Shown here: positions 56,110 to 64,000 of the stretch, piece after piece
Layout of the letters: every line of letters starts with the position of its first letter
Numbering within the stretch: position 1 is the first letter of the stretch
From: Candidatus Portnoybacteria bacterium RBG_19FT_COMBO_36_7
GTDB taxonomy: Bacteria; Patescibacteriota; Minisyncoccia; Portnoybacterales; GWB1-42-6
NCBI GenBank assembly: GCA_001819495.1
Contig: MHMW01000018.1
Span: forward strand, 3,322 to 67,321
Direction of reading: 5' to 3'
Length of the DNA: 64,000 nucleotides
The notes under the pieces: model-generated
The model's input: only the letters and a program-made list of their open reading frames with translations
What the model was told of the DNA's origin: nothing
Databases searched by the model: none
Program-made: the position numbers and the translations under genes

Positions 56110-57120
56110 TTATTCAATTCTTCTTAAGTATTCGGCTGCTTTCTCCGGCTCAATAGTTGAAATTTGGATACCTGTTCCCAGCTCAAACCCCGCCCAGACA
56201 GAAGTTTTTGGCAGAATTTCAAAATGCCAATGATAATGATCGTAGTTCTTCCCGTCGCAGGGAGAAGTGTGAATAAAAAAATTATAAGCAGGATCAACTA
56301 ATCCTTTGCAAATCTTATTTAACGCCACCTGCAGGGCTTCTGCCAGTTTTTCTTTCTCGTCTTCCTTTATTCTTTCAAAATAAGCTTTGTGTTCTTTTGG
56401 ATAAATTCTAGTTTCAAAAGCAACTTTTGCCGCAAAGGGCGAGACGACCACAAACTTATCATTTTCAAAAATAATCCTTATTTTCTCTTCCAATTCCCAC
56501 TCAAGCATGGCGCAATGGACGCAGGAGCCATGGTTTTCAAAAAAAATGCGCGAGCCGTCAAGACTACGCCGTAAATCCGGATCTATCACAGGCATCGCAA
56601 TAATCTGGGAGTGAGGATGAACCATCGAGGCGCCCGCTTCTTTGCCGTTGTTATGAAAAATTGAGACATAATTAATATGTTTTTCATTCATCATTTCAAG
56701 GTATCTTTCCTGATAGGCATCTATAACTAGCTTAACTTTTTGGGCCGAAAATTGCGCCATATTCTGGCGGTGATCGCGCGTCACCACCACTTCATGGAAG
56801 CCGAGCCCATCCATTACCTGATAAGGCCCGACAGCCCGTTCATGAAGCTGATTGCCTTCGGAGAATGCCGGATATTTATTAGGGAAAACCACCACCTCCC
56901 ATTTTTCTTTATCGTCAGGATAAATATAAACCGGCGGCGCTTGAGTTTCTATATGACAGAAAGGGCAATCTTTTTCTAAACCTTCTTCTTTGGCGCGGCC
57001 GTTATTTTTGAAAGTTTCCGGCTTTCTCGCCCGGCCCGTGGCAATGACCACCCAGTCTTTGGAAACCAAATCAAATCTCAGCTCCGAAGATGGTTTTTTA
57101 TTATTCTGATTATTCTCCAT
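56110..57120 (-). CDS. galT: galactose-1-phosphate uridylyltransferase (HIT superfamily)
   Basis: It has a zinc motif CPFCHIE and an active-site HPHSQI motif. Confidence 0.8.
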   Translation of the reverse strand: MENNQNNKKPSSELRFDLVSKDWVVIATGRARKPETFKNNGRAKEEGLEKDCPFCHIETQAPPVYIYPDDKEKWEVVVFPNKYPAFSEGNQLHERAVGPYQVMDGLGFHEVVVTRDHRQNMAQFSAQKVKLVIDAYQERYLEMMNEKHINYVSIFHNNGKEAGASMVHPHSQIIAMPVIDPDLRRSLDGSRIFFENHGSCVHCAMLEWELEEKIRIIFENDKFVVVSPFAAKVAFETRIYPKEHKAYFERIKEDEKEKLAEALQVALNKICKGLVDPAYNFFIHTSPCDGKNYDHYHWHFEILPKTSVWAGFELGTGIQISTIEPEKAAEYLRRIE

Positions 57121-57122
57121 AA

Positions 57123-57920
57123 TTAAACAATTTTTTTATTTTGATGCTGCTCAACTTTGGGTTCATTTGATTCAGCGGATTTGGGCGATCTTAAATGATA
57201 TTTATCCGTCAGCAAATTCATCTTAATCTGAAAAAGTTCAACAAATGTTTTAAGATAGCTTTTTAAATTGACCGTGCTGCTCGAGTCATTTATCCAATAA
57301 ATCGGAATCTTGGCGATCTTATAACCAAGACGTTTAGCCACGGCCAAAACTTCAATATCAAAACCGAAACGATCGATCAAGCCCCGCGAAAAAATTTCTT
57401 TGGCCGCTTTGGCTGAAAAAGCCTTAAAGCCGCATTGGGTGTCCCAAATACCCCAAACAGCGAGAATCTGAATTAAAATATTGCCAATATCGCCCAATGC
57501 CCTTTTAAGAAATGACTGCGGAACTGCTTGTTTGGCATCTTTGTGGTCTCTTGAATCCCGCGTCCCTATCACAACGTCATACCCTTCTTTAAAATATGGC
57601 CAGGCTTTTTCTATGTGATCAATGGTCGTCGCATTATCGTCGTCCATAAAAACCCTGTAATCTCCCTGGGCTTCCAGCATTCCCTTCCGCACCACCCAGC
57701 CCTTGCCGTGATTCTCTTTGTTGTCGATCAGACGCAGATTATGGATCATTTGCTCAAAACTAGCGACCACTTCCGCTGTTTTGTCCGGAGAGCCATCGTT
57801 GACAACCAGGATCTCGTAATCATAATGCTGTTTTGTTAAATAATGATCAACTGCCAAAAGAGTCTTTGAAATTCTTTTTTCTCCCTTATAAGAAGGGATG
57901 ATAACTGATAAATAAAGCAT
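57123..57920 (-). CDS. glycosyltransferase family 2 (polyprenyl-phosphate glycosyltransferase-like)
   Basis: It has LSVIIPSYKGEKRI, VVNDGSPDKT and a DDD-type motif (FMDDDNAT). Confidence 0.8.
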   Translation of the reverse strand: MLYLSVIIPSYKGEKRISKTLLAVDHYLTKQHYDYEILVVNDGSPDKTAEVVASFEQMIHNLRLIDNKENHGKGWVVRKGMLEAQGDYRVFMDDDNATTIDHIEKAWPYFKEGYDVVIGTRDSRDHKDAKQAVPQSFLKRALGDIGNILIQILAVWGIWDTQCGFKAFSAKAAKEIFSRGLIDRFGFDIEVLAVAKRLGYKIAKIPIYWINDSSSTVNLKSYLKTFVELFQIKMNLLTDKYHLRSPKSAESNEPKVEQHQNKKIV

Positions 57921-57954
57921 GACTTAAAATTTTCAATTACCAATTTCCAATAAA

Positions 57955-57973
57955 CGCCTGCCTCTGGCAGGCG
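57955..57973. repeat. GC hairpin CGCCTGCC-TCT-GGCAGGCG (a minimal form of the secY-flanking stem motif)
   Basis: It is an 8-bp perfect stem next to a 7-bp-periodic AT tract (57922..57950), upstream of the GT2 gene. Confidence 0.6.
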
Positions 57974-58145
57974 AGGATATAAAAAATCAGCAATCTAAAA
58001 TTGGTTATAGCTCTATAATATCACACTTCTCTTTACTTTCCCAACAAAAAAATCCACAGGCAGCCCTCTTTGACAATTGAAGACTTTGCTAATTTATGTT
58101 ATTTTTAATAGTAGTTTTTTAAAAACTTAGAAAGGGGTGATTCTT

Positions 58146-58448
58146 ATGAACATAGCCGTTGTTTTTATTTCGCCGGATGAAAAAGATTATTATGAATATC
58201 TTAAGAGCTTTGAAATTAACAATCTGATAATATTGCAAATTGGTTTATCTCAAATTTTTAAGGAACTCGGCACGGCTTACAGTATCGTTGATAAGATTAG
58301 CGGCGCTTTTGTCGCCAGGCAATTTTTTGACGATACCCAAAGAATAGAAAATTTAATCATCTGCGGCCCGCTTAAATTATTGAATGATTGCAAAAAACTT
58401 TTTTTTGGCATGGCGGGTAAAACTCATTTTTTCCCCGAAAAAAAATAG
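58146..58448 (+). CDS. hypothetical protein
   Basis: 100 aa from the ATG at 58146, preceded by the strong SD AAAGGGGTGATTCTT. The N-terminus (NIAVVFISPDEKDYYEYL) is faintly reminiscent of TIR-like/nucleoside-binding folds. It has a bidirectional terminator downstream. Confidence 0.4.
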   Translation: MNIAVVFISPDEKDYYEYLKSFEINNLIILQIGLSQIFKELGTAYSIVDKISGAFVARQFFDDTQRIENLIICGPLKLLNDCKKLFFGMAGKTHFFPEKK

Positions 58449-58535
58449 CCCATCCGGATAAAAATCCGATTGGGCTTTTAATTTAAAAGTTAACTACAGT
58501 ATTTAGAAATTCAATACTTTAACTCTATAATATAA

Positions 58536-59336
58536 TTAAGTTTTTGTTAAAACATCGCACCCTTCTTTCGTCACCGCCACTGTATGTTCAAAATGAGCGG
58601 ACAGCGATTTATCGCTGGTCTCATAGGCAAAACCATCTTTACTTTGTTTTATTTTATAACCGCCGGCTGCTATCATCGGTTCGATTGCCAGAGTCATGCC
58701 TTCTTTTAAAATAGGGCCTTGACCCGGACGGCCGAAATTTGGCACTTCAGGGTCTTCGTGCAATTTTTCTCCCACGCCGTGGCCGACCAGATCTCTGATA
58801 ACCGAAAATCTCTGGCTTTCAACATATTTTTGGACGGTAAAACTGACATCTCCAAGATGCACACCAGGTTTTATTTTTCCAATTGCGATTTCCAGTGATT
58901 TTTTTGCCGTTTCAATCAATTTTTTGGCTTGCGGCGAAACTTTACCGACTGCCACCGTCAGGGCCGCGTCAGTAAAAAATGGTTTGTTTTCCGGATTACA
59001 AGTGCCTCCCATTGGACAAGAATGGCATTTTCCGACCGGATACAGAATTCCCAGATCCAAACCGATAATATCACTCTCTTTCAGTTTTCTGCCCGATGGC
59101 GCGCCGTGTACTACCTCTTCATTGATTGAAGTACACAGCGCCGCGGGAAACCCCTGATATCCCAAAAACGCGGGCTTGGCGCCGCAAGAAAAAACAAGGT
59201 CTTGCGCGACCTTGTCCAGCTCTATGGTTGTGGCGCCTGGCTTAACTCTTTTTGCTACTTCTTCAAGAATTTTTGCCAGCAGCCAGCCGCCTTCTTTCAT
59301 TATTTGGATTTCCTGAGGCGTTTTTATTATAATCAT
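58536..59336 (-). CDS. map: type I methionine aminopeptidase
   Basis: It has the metal-ligand pattern (D..D..H..E..E) and is colinear with MAP1. Confidence 0.9.
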   Translation of the reverse strand: MIIIKTPQEIQIMKEGGWLLAKILEEVAKRVKPGATTIELDKVAQDLVFSCGAKPAFLGYQGFPAALCTSINEEVVHGAPSGRKLKESDIIGLDLGILYPVGKCHSCPMGGTCNPENKPFFTDAALTVAVGKVSPQAKKLIETAKKSLEIAIGKIKPGVHLGDVSFTVQKYVESQRFSVIRDLVGHGVGEKLHEDPEVPNFGRPGQGPILKEGMTLAIEPMIAAGGYKIKQSKDGFAYETSDKSLSAHFEHTVAVTKEGCDVLTKT

Positions 59337-59341
59337 TTATT

Positions 59342-60010
59342 TTATTTCAAAATTCTCAGTATATTCTCATGCACTTCTTCGATCGGCCTGTTGCCGTCAA
59401 TTTTTATCAATAATCCGTTTTTCTCATAATGATCAATCACCAGCTGAATTTCCGTCTCAAAAACATCAAGCCGATGGCGGACAACTTCAGGATCATCATC
59501 AGCTCTTTTTACCAGAGTACCGCCACATTTATTACATTCGGTCATCTGTTTAAAATATCCAAAATAAGGAATTATCTGGCCGCATTTTTCACACATCCGC
59601 CGCTGGGTTAATCTGGCATAAGATTCTTCAGCCGAAATATCAATCAGAATAACTTTTGTAAATTCCAGCAAGTCGTACCATGCCAAAGCATCCTCCATCA
59701 AGCGCGCTTCAAGAATTTTTCTGGGATTTCCGTCAAAAACTGCACCTTTAAAATCCGGCTTATTTTTCATTACGTCAATCTTGTCAAGCCATAATTTAAA
59801 AATCAAAAAAGTCGGCACTAAATCTCCTCTGTCTAAAATTGCTTTCAGTTTAGAAGAACTGAAATCGTGATTCTCTTTCGCCATCTCGCGCAGCAAATCA
59901 CCGCTGCCGATATATTCCAAGCCAAATTTTTCCCTCAACAATTTTGCCTGAGTTCCTTTGCCGCAACCGGGCCGGCCTAAAATTATGGTGACAAGTGGAT
60001 TCTGGTTCAA
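59342..60010 (-). CDS. adk: adenylate kinase (zinc-lid type)
   Basis: It has the P-loop GRPGCGKGTQA and a lid CEKCGQ...CNKCGG. Confidence 0.9.
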   Translation of the reverse strand: MNQNPLVTIILGRPGCGKGTQAKLLREKFGLEYIGSGDLLREMAKENHDFSSSKLKAILDRGDLVPTFLIFKLWLDKIDVMKNKPDFKGAVFDGNPRKILEARLMEDALAWYDLLEFTKVILIDISAEESYARLTQRRMCEKCGQIIPYFGYFKQMTECNKCGGTLVKRADDDPEVVRHRLDVFETEIQLVIDHYEKNGLLIKIDGNRPIEEVHENILRILK

Positions 60011-60027
60011 TTTCTAATTTCTAATTT

Positions 60028-60136
60028 CCCCGCCTGCCAAAGCCAATAGAAATTACTTGATATTGTCAATCGAAGACGGTTAAATTTATTAAATTATTTA
60101 ATTTGTATCTGCTCGCTTTGGCTATTGGCGGGCAGG
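60028..60136. repeat. R1: a GC-clamped long stem-loop element (arms CCCGCCTGCCAAAGCCAATAG / CTTTGGCTATTGGCGGGCAGG) between adk and secY
   Basis: Stems GCCAATAG/CTATTGGC and CCTGCC/GGCAGG enclose about 67 nt of AT-rich sequence. It is the inverse-orientation partner of R2. Confidence 0.6.
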
Positions 60137-60198
60137 TAATTTCTAATCCAGTGCCACAAAACGGCACTTTATTGAAAATTGAAAATTGAAAATTTTAT

Positions 60199-61473
60199 TT
60201 AAAGACCTTCATACTCTCGCATCGTCAATTGAGAATCGACCTGCCTGATAGTTTCCAAAACCACTGCTACGACGATAAGGATAGAAGTACCGCCGACCGT
60301 AAAAGTAGTCACTCCTGTTGCGCCCTGAACGATATTTGGCGCAATGGCAATCAAGCCCAAAAATATAGCGCCGACCAGCAAGACTCTGTTCAAAATAAAA
60401 TTAAGAAAATCTGAAGTTGGCTTGCCGGGCCGGATACCCGGAATAAAACCGCCCATTTTTTGCAGATTTTCGGCGATATTTTTTGGATCAAAAGTGACGG
60501 CTGTATAAAAATATGTAAAAAGCAGAACCAGAACAAAATAAATAACGCTGTAGATAATCTGGCCTTGCTCGAATATATCTCGCAAAAATGTGGCAGCGTT
60601 GGCGATCCAGGGAGTAGAAGAATTGGCAAAAAAATTGCCGATCATACCCGGAAAAAGCATTATCGATAAAGCAAAGATAATCGGGATAACTCCTGCCGGA
60701 TTAACATTCATGGGCAGATAAGTTGAAACTCCGCCGTACATACGATTGCCACGAATTCTTTTGGCGTAAGATACGGGGATATTGCGCCGGCCTTCGGTTA
60801 TAATAACCACACCCACAATTACCAAAAGGCTAATCGCGATAAATCCAAGATAAGCAGGAATTTTGGTCGGGTCCCAGGTGGTCAGAGTCTGCCTGAAAGA
60901 AGTCGGAAATCCCGCCACGATGCCGGCAAAAATCAGCAATGATACTCCGTTACCAATCCCTTTCTCGGAAATTAACTCGCCTATCCACATCAAAAATATT
61001 GTTCCCGCAGTAATAACAGTTATTGTCGTCACTAATTGATAAGTGCTTAAAAATCCAATGACCTGCTGGTTACGCAAAATGCCGATCATGGCGTAAGCCT
61101 GCAATGCGGCCAGAGGAATAGTGAGCAATCTGGCATACTGATTGAATTTCTGCCGGCCGGCCTCGCCTTCTTCTTTGTACATCTGTTCCAGCCGCGGGAA
61201 GATCATCGTCAGAAGCTGCATAATGATAAGGCCGGTGATGTATGGACCTAATCCCAGCATCGCCACTGAAAAATTGCTCATTGCCCCGCCGGTAAAAAGA
61301 TTAAGCAGACCAAACAGCTGATTGCCCTCAAAAAAAGCACGAAGTTTTGTTAAATCAATTCCGGGCACAGGAATATTAGCTATAATCCGGAAAACGACAA
61401 AAGCACCAAGGACAAATAATATTTTGTTTCGTAGCTCTGGGACTTTAAAAATCTGAATTATCTTATTCCACAT
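60199..61473 (-). CDS. secY: preprotein translocase subunit SecY
   Basis: 424 aa with 10 TM helices and N-terminal FRIIANIPVPGID. Confidence 0.95.
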   Translation of the reverse strand: MWNKIIQIFKVPELRNKILFVLGAFVVFRIIANIPVPGIDLTKLRAFFEGNQLFGLLNLFTGGAMSNFSVAMLGLGPYITGLIIMQLLTMIFPRLEQMYKEEGEAGRQKFNQYARLLTIPLAALQAYAMIGILRNQQVIGFLSTYQLVTTITVITAGTIFLMWIGELISEKGIGNGVSLLIFAGIVAGFPTSFRQTLTTWDPTKIPAYLGFIAISLLVIVGVVIITEGRRNIPVSYAKRIRGNRMYGGVSTYLPMNVNPAGVIPIIFALSIMLFPGMIGNFFANSSTPWIANAATFLRDIFEQGQIIYSVIYFVLVLLFTYFYTAVTFDPKNIAENLQKMGGFIPGIRPGKPTSDFLNFILNRVLLVGAIFLGLIAIAPNIVQGATGVTTFTVGGTSILIVVAVVLETIRQVDSQLTMREYEGL

Positions 61474-61588
61474 ATATCCTATTAAAATTTAAATTGTAAA
61501 AATCAAAATTCAAAACTACAGTTCAAAATTAAAAATTTAAATTTTGCATTGCTCGCCTCGCTGTAGCTTTGGCGAAGCGGGTCATTTT

Positions 61589-61699
61589 GCCTGCCCGCCA
61601 ATTGCCAAAAAGAATAAATCACTCAAAGAATTTTTATTTGCTTTGACTAATTGTCGCTGTCAGTTAAGAATAATCACAATTGGCTCTGGCAGGCGGGCA
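61589..61699. repeat. R2: a GC-clamped long stem-loop element between secY and rplO, inverted relative to R1
   Basis: The ends are GCCTGCCCGCCAATTGCC ... CAATTGGCTCTGGCAGGCGGGCA. The reverse complement of R1 matches both ends (CCTGCCCGCCAAT.GCCAAA and ATTGGCT.TGGCAGGCGGG). Confidence 0.6.
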
Positions 61700-61701
61700 T
61701 T

Positions 61702-62160
61702 TTAATATTTGATTTTTGAATTTATGGTGCCGCCAACTTTCTTTATCTTCTTTATCGCGCTTGCAGAAAATTTAAATTCTTTAAAAACAAGTTTCTTTGT
61801 GACTTCTCCCTCTCCTAAAATCTTAATGTTTGGCATCGCCCCTTTTATTCTACTAATTAATTTCTTCTTAAGCAATGAGGCGACTGAAACGATTTCCCCT
61901 TCTTTGAATGCCTTGTTTAAAATATCCAAGTTCATGATGATAAACTTCCGCGCCACTGGTTTAAATTTATAGCCTCTTTTTTTGGGAATTTGTTTTATCA
62001 AATCCCGCCAGGCCGGCCTGATTTTAGCACCGGCTCTTGACTTCTGCCCCTTGACGCCGCGGCCCGAAAAAGTGCCGTGAGCGCCGCCCCGGCCAACACG
62101 TTTTTTTGATTTTTGTTTTTGTTTTGGTGAAATTTGATGAAACTGCATAATCGTAATCAA
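61702..62160 (-). CDS. rplO: 50S ribosomal protein L15
   Basis: It has a Gly/Arg-rich N-terminus (GRGGAHGTFSGRGVKGQKSR). Confidence 0.9.
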   Translation of the reverse strand: MITIMQFHQISPKQKQKSKKRVGRGGAHGTFSGRGVKGQKSRAGAKIRPAWRDLIKQIPKKRGYKFKPVARKFIIMNLDILNKAFKEGEIVSVASLLKKKLISRIKGAMPNIKILGEGEVTKKLVFKEFKFSASAIKKIKKVGGTINSKIKY

Positions 62161-62163
62161 AAA

Positions 62164-62643
62164 TTATTTCTTCATCCTTATTTTTTCAAACGCAGCCAAA
62201 GTGGCTCTGGCATTATTAATTTTATTGGTAGTGCGGCTGACCACTTTTGCGGAAATATTCTGAATTCCTACCAAATCACAGATAACTCTGACCACGCCGC
62301 CTGCCACCAAACCTCTGCCTTTTTTAGCTGGCTTTAAAATAACTTTTGCGGCGCCGAATTTTGCCGTTACTTCATGCGGAATAGTGGCGTCTTTTATTGG
62401 CACGATCAACAAATTTTTCTTGGCGCTGGCGACCGCCTTTTCAACCGCCGTGGTTACATCCTGGGCCTTGGCAATTCCCAAAGCCACTTTTCCAGCTCTG
62501 TTGCCAATAACAACAGCTGTCCGGAAACGGAAACGCCGGCCGCCGGCCACGACTCTGGTGACCCTGGCCACATCCAAAACTTTCTGATCATATTCAGATT
62601 TTTCTCTTTCTCTTCCTCTAAATTTTCTCATTGGTTCTGCCAT
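62164..62643 (-). CDS. rpsE: 30S ribosomal protein S5
   Basis: It has S5 dsRBD and C-domain motifs (VTRVVAGGRRFRFRTAVVIGN). It lies directly adjacent to rplO with no rpmD between. Confidence 0.9.
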   Translation of the reverse strand: MAEPMRKFRGREREKSEYDQKVLDVARVTRVVAGGRRFRFRTAVVIGNRAGKVALGIAKAQDVTTAVEKAVASAKKNLLIVPIKDATIPHEVTAKFGAAKVILKPAKKGRGLVAGGVVRVICDLVGIQNISAKVVSRTTNKINNARATLAAFEKIRMKK

Positions 62644-62707
62644 AATTGTCTAAATTTATGAACGGAGCGCATTGCGTAATAAAATAAATTTAGCTACAAC
62701 AATGAGC

Positions 62708-62773
62708 ACCGAGCACATAATTTATTCTTTGTGCTCTGAGTATATCTGATGAAGAATAAATTATGTGCTCGGT
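62708..62773. repeat. 22-bp perfect inverted repeat (ACCGAGCACATAATTTATTCTT / AAGAATAAATTATGTGCTCGGT) with a 22-nt loop in the rplR-rpsE spacer
   Basis: It sits within a 188-bp intergenic region of an otherwise tightly packed ribosomal operon. Extra GAGCAC/GTGCTC motifs allow an alternative fold. Confidence 0.7.
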
Positions 62774-62831
62774 AAAGGTTTTGTTACAGAAAACTGTTCG
62801 TCTTTTCGACTCCAGATTTCTGACAAAGCCC

Positions 62832-63191
62832 TTAAAATTTTAATCCTCCTTCTTTCGCTCCTTGCGCCAGCTCCCTTATCCGTCCATGGAATTTACAGCC
62901 GCGCCTGTCAAAAACGACCTCTTTTATCTTCAGATCTGCCGCTTTTTTTGCCAGAAGCTTTCCTACTTCTTTGGCCAATTCAATCTTTTTCATTTTTCTT
63001 GATTTTATTTCCGAATCTTTGGCGCTGACTAAAGTTTTTGATTTTTCGTCGTCTATCAACTGACTATAAATGTGCTGATGACTGCGAAAAACCAAAAGTC
63101 GCGGCCGTTTGCTTGTCCCTTTTATCTTTCCCCTGATGCGCCGGTGCCGCATCGCAAGTTTTTGTCTTTTTATCTTAAGATTATCTTTCAT
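62832..63191 (-). CDS. rplR: 50S ribosomal protein L18
   Basis: 119 aa, basic, with a C-terminal [23 protein letters not shown] motif. Confidence 0.9.
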   Translation of the reverse strand: MKDNLKIKRQKLAMRHRRIRGKIKGTSKRPRLLVFRSHQHIYSQLIDDEKSKTLVSAKDSEIKSRKMKKIELAKEVGKLLAKKAADLKIKEVVFDRRGCKFHGRIRELAQGAKEGGLKF

Positions 63192-63194
63192 ATT

Positions 63195-63749
63195 TTATAA
63201 CTCTGCAGATACAGCTTTCTTGCCCGCTTTAATTTTTATCGTCTCACCCTGATATCTGATACCCTTGCCTTTATAAGGCTCTGGTTTTTTACGCGCACGG
63301 ATATTGGCGGCTGTTTGACCAACCATCTCTTTATCAGCACCACTGACAATAATCACATTTTTTTCAACTTTGAATTCTATCCCCGGCGGCGCCTCGATTT
63401 CCACGGGATGCGAAAAACCAATATTTAGCACCAGTTTATTCCCTTGAACTATGAAACGATAACCGACACCTTCAACTTCTAATCTTTTTTCATAACCGTC
63501 TTTTGCTCCTTTGACTAAATTTGCCAACAAAGCACGGCTTAACCCCCAAAGCGCCATTATTTTTTTATCGGCGGTGTTCTCTAAAATAGGAAAAACAACG
63601 ATATTATTATCTTCAATTTTTGCACTAATGCCGTCTGGCAACTGGCGCCTAAGCTCCCCTTTTGGCCCCTTGGCAATAACAAAATTACTTTCGATCTTGA
63701 CTTCGACTTTTTCCGGAATCGGGATTGGCTGTTTGCCTATGCGACTCAT
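63195..63749 (-). CDS. rplF: 50S ribosomal protein L6
   Basis: 184 aa with MSRIGKQPIPIPEKV and a two-domain L6 pattern. Confidence 0.9.
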   Translation of the reverse strand: MSRIGKQPIPIPEKVEVKIESNFVIAKGPKGELRRQLPDGISAKIEDNNIVVFPILENTADKKIMALWGLSRALLANLVKGAKDGYEKRLEVEGVGYRFIVQGNKLVLNIGFSHPVEIEAPPGIEFKVEKNVIIVSGADKEMVGQTAANIRARKKPEPYKGKGIRYQGETIKIKAGKKAVSAEL

Positions 63750-63755
63750 AAAAAT

Positions 63756-64000
63756 TTAATAAATTTCGCAGATTAATTCTCCGCCCAAACCTGCTTTTTT
63801 AGCTTCGCTGCCGGACATCAGCCCCTTTGATGTTGAAATTATCAGTCTGCCAAAACCCTGCCTGGTTGTCTGAATTTCCTTCTTTCCGATATAGATACGG
63901 CGGCTCGGCTTGCTCTTTCTGATTATATTCTCTATGGCGGGCTGCCCCTCTTCATATCTTAGACTAATTATTATTTTTCTGGCTGCCTTTTTACCTTTTT
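63756..64000 (-). CDS. rpsH: 30S ribosomal protein S8 (C-terminal part). The N-terminus lies beyond the window edge.
   Basis: The reverse-strand frame ends in AGLGGELICEIY* (stop at 63756..63758), matching the conserved S8 C-terminus. Confidence 0.8.
   Translation of the reverse strand, partial: KGKKAARKIIISLRYEEGQPAIENIIRKSKPSRRIYIGKKEIQTTRQGFGRLIISTSKGLMSGSEAKKAGLGGELICEIY

Overview
This is a gene-dense 64-kb segment with low GC (roughly 35-40%), and more than 90% of its genes lie on the minus strand. It looks like a Candidate Phyla Radiation (Patescibacteria-type) genome. The ribosomal spc-operon tail (rpsH-rplF-rplR-rpsE-rplO-secY-adk-map) has no rpmD between rpsE and rplO. The window also holds an ECF sigma factor next to a coiled-coil anti-sigma-like protein, a very large Thr/Ser-rich surface protein, and a cell-surface polysaccharide cluster. 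It has few biosynthetic genes. 

Recognisable content, from low to high coordinates:
- Two tandem O-antigen-ligase-like membrane proteins and a TPR protein.
- A 1210-aa surface protein with a long palindrome-rich leader.
- ECF sigma plus anti-sigma, galU, clpB, htrA, iscU and a nifS-like cysteine desulfurase.
- A sugar block: ROK kinase, a GH5-like hydrolase, a DMT transporter and a GH1 beta-glucosidase.
- A metal block: DUF134, a CDF transporter with a zinc-ribbon tail, YibE/F, DUF5320.
- tRNA-Gln, ftsX, ftsE, prfB (with its +1 frameshift site), tRNA-Thr.
- A csoR / HMA-cupredoxin membrane protein / copA copper operon.
- tRNA-Gly, an FtsB-like gene, lepA, murJ, a DUF4012-like protein.
- A six-gene glycosyltransferase / WbaP / Wzz-like cluster.
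- A plus-strand secreted AlkP-family enzyme, RNase P RNA, rnhA, recJ, pgk, tpiA, galT and a GT2 gene.

The most interesting signal is a family of short elements (about 68 bp, or about 141 bp when nested or expanded). Each has 20-bp terminal inverted repeats and 3-4-bp direct repeats at its flanks. There are four copies plus one nested copy, and every genomic copy sits directly against the start codon of a gene. Other unusual features:
- 7-bp tandem repeats embedded in-frame in copA, recJ and a GT4 gene.
- Inverted GC-clamped stem-loop elements flanking secY.
- A 22-bp perfect hairpin in the rplR-rpsE spacer.
- Leader/trailer complementarity around tRNA-Thr.
- A structured clpB leader with a small upstream ORF.
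- An unexplained 450-bp GC-richer region between rnpB and rnhA that contains small ORFs with Shine-Dalgarno sequences.
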